Source: Rickettsiales bacterium (GTDB lineage Bacteria > Pseudomonadota > Alphaproteobacteria > Rickettsiales > UBA6187). From it: a stretch of 64,000 bases of DNA. Within the stretch, counting starts at the first letter, position 1; each line of letters opens with the position of its first letter. The position numbers and the translations under genes are program-made. Below are positions 63,707-64,000 of the stretch, piece after piece. The notes under the pieces were generated by a model, which was not told where the DNA came from, searched no databases, and saw nothing but the letters and a program-made list of their open reading frames with translations. The stretch covers positions 14,128 to 78,127 of the forward strand of contig JBEVNR010000057.1 of assembly GCA_040507985.1 (NCBI GenBank), given 5' to 3'.

Positions 63707-64000
63707 TTAGCGCCGCACCATTTCCCATAATTTCCTTGGACGGTAGCGCGGCGCGACCATGCAGGCAAAGCCGTAGGCGAGCGCCCCGACGGAAATGCGC
63801 GCCGCCGCGTCAATCCCGGCATTGCCGAACGAAAATTTCTCCGCCGCATATAGCGCTCCCGCCATGCACAGCGTGGCGCCGATTTGCGCCGGCAGCCATG
63901 ACCCCATGCGGAAATCGGCGGGGGAAAGCTTCCGCTTCCGCAAAATGACCGCATAGGCCAGCCCGTTCGCCCACGCCGCCGCCGCCGGGCCGAACGCAAG
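63707..64000 (-). CDS. Hypothetical membrane protein, 3' part only (ORF open to the window edge)
   Basis: The frame stays open from stop 63707-63709 to position 64000. The track's TTG at 63943 is probably internal. Translation is hydrophobic (..GATLCMAGALYAAE.., ..VGALAYGFACMVA..). Confidence 0.4.
   Translation of the reverse strand, partial: LAFGPAAAAWANGLAYAVILRKRKLSPADFRMGSWLPAQIGATLCMAGALYAAEKFSFGNAGIDAAARISVGALAYGFACMVAPRYRPRKLWEMVRR

Noticed and set aside
1-64000. tRNA, rRNA, tmRNA or SRP RNA genes, and transposase/integrase or terminal inverted repeats of mobile elements.
   Set aside because: I scanned the intergenic spacers by eye for the conserved T-loop GGTTCGAAT-type motif and for conserved SRP or rRNA strings, and found none outside coding sequence. 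No transposase- or integrase-like ORFs are present. A tRNAscan/Infernal run would be needed to be definitive.

Overview
This is a 64-kb bacterial chromosomal window. The gene content and order (pyrH-frr, rpmF-plsX-fabH, dnaA, miaB, murB, galU, fghA) suggest a proteobacterium, possibly an alphaproteobacterium, but the taxon is a low-confidence inference. Coding regions are GC-rich. Intergenic spacers and a few ORFan genes are visibly AT-rich.

About 58% of the window is one uninterrupted minus-strand ORF (8492..45814; 37,323 nt; 12,440 aa; roughly 1.3 MDa). Its architecture, read directly from the translation, has three parts:
- A type IV prepilin-like N-terminus (MRRTG|FSLIEM plus a hydrophobic helix), followed by a pilin-sized domain that ends in a Cys-X15-Cys loop.
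- Eight consecutive four-cysteine modules with CCP/Sushi-like spacing.
- About 47 tandem, diverged LamG/ConA-like (Laminin_G_3-type) modules with a period of about 750 nt. Each is marked by LW(L/Y/M)DA..DP.C, W.DKSG, FDG and a terminal ..E..(V/L)Y...L....E.YL..KWG signature.

The protein has no C-terminal sorting signal and no RTX repeats. No pilus, T2SS or T1SS genes lie next to it. I read it as an extreme modular pilin or pilin-anchored lectin fibre, and it is the main candidate for a novel system.

The rest of the window is mostly housekeeping. It includes a 58-aa rpmG that is missing from the ORF track, plus a Sel1/Hcp-like cysteine-rich lipoprotein and several AT-rich ORFans. I recognised no rRNA, tRNA, CRISPR array or mobile element.
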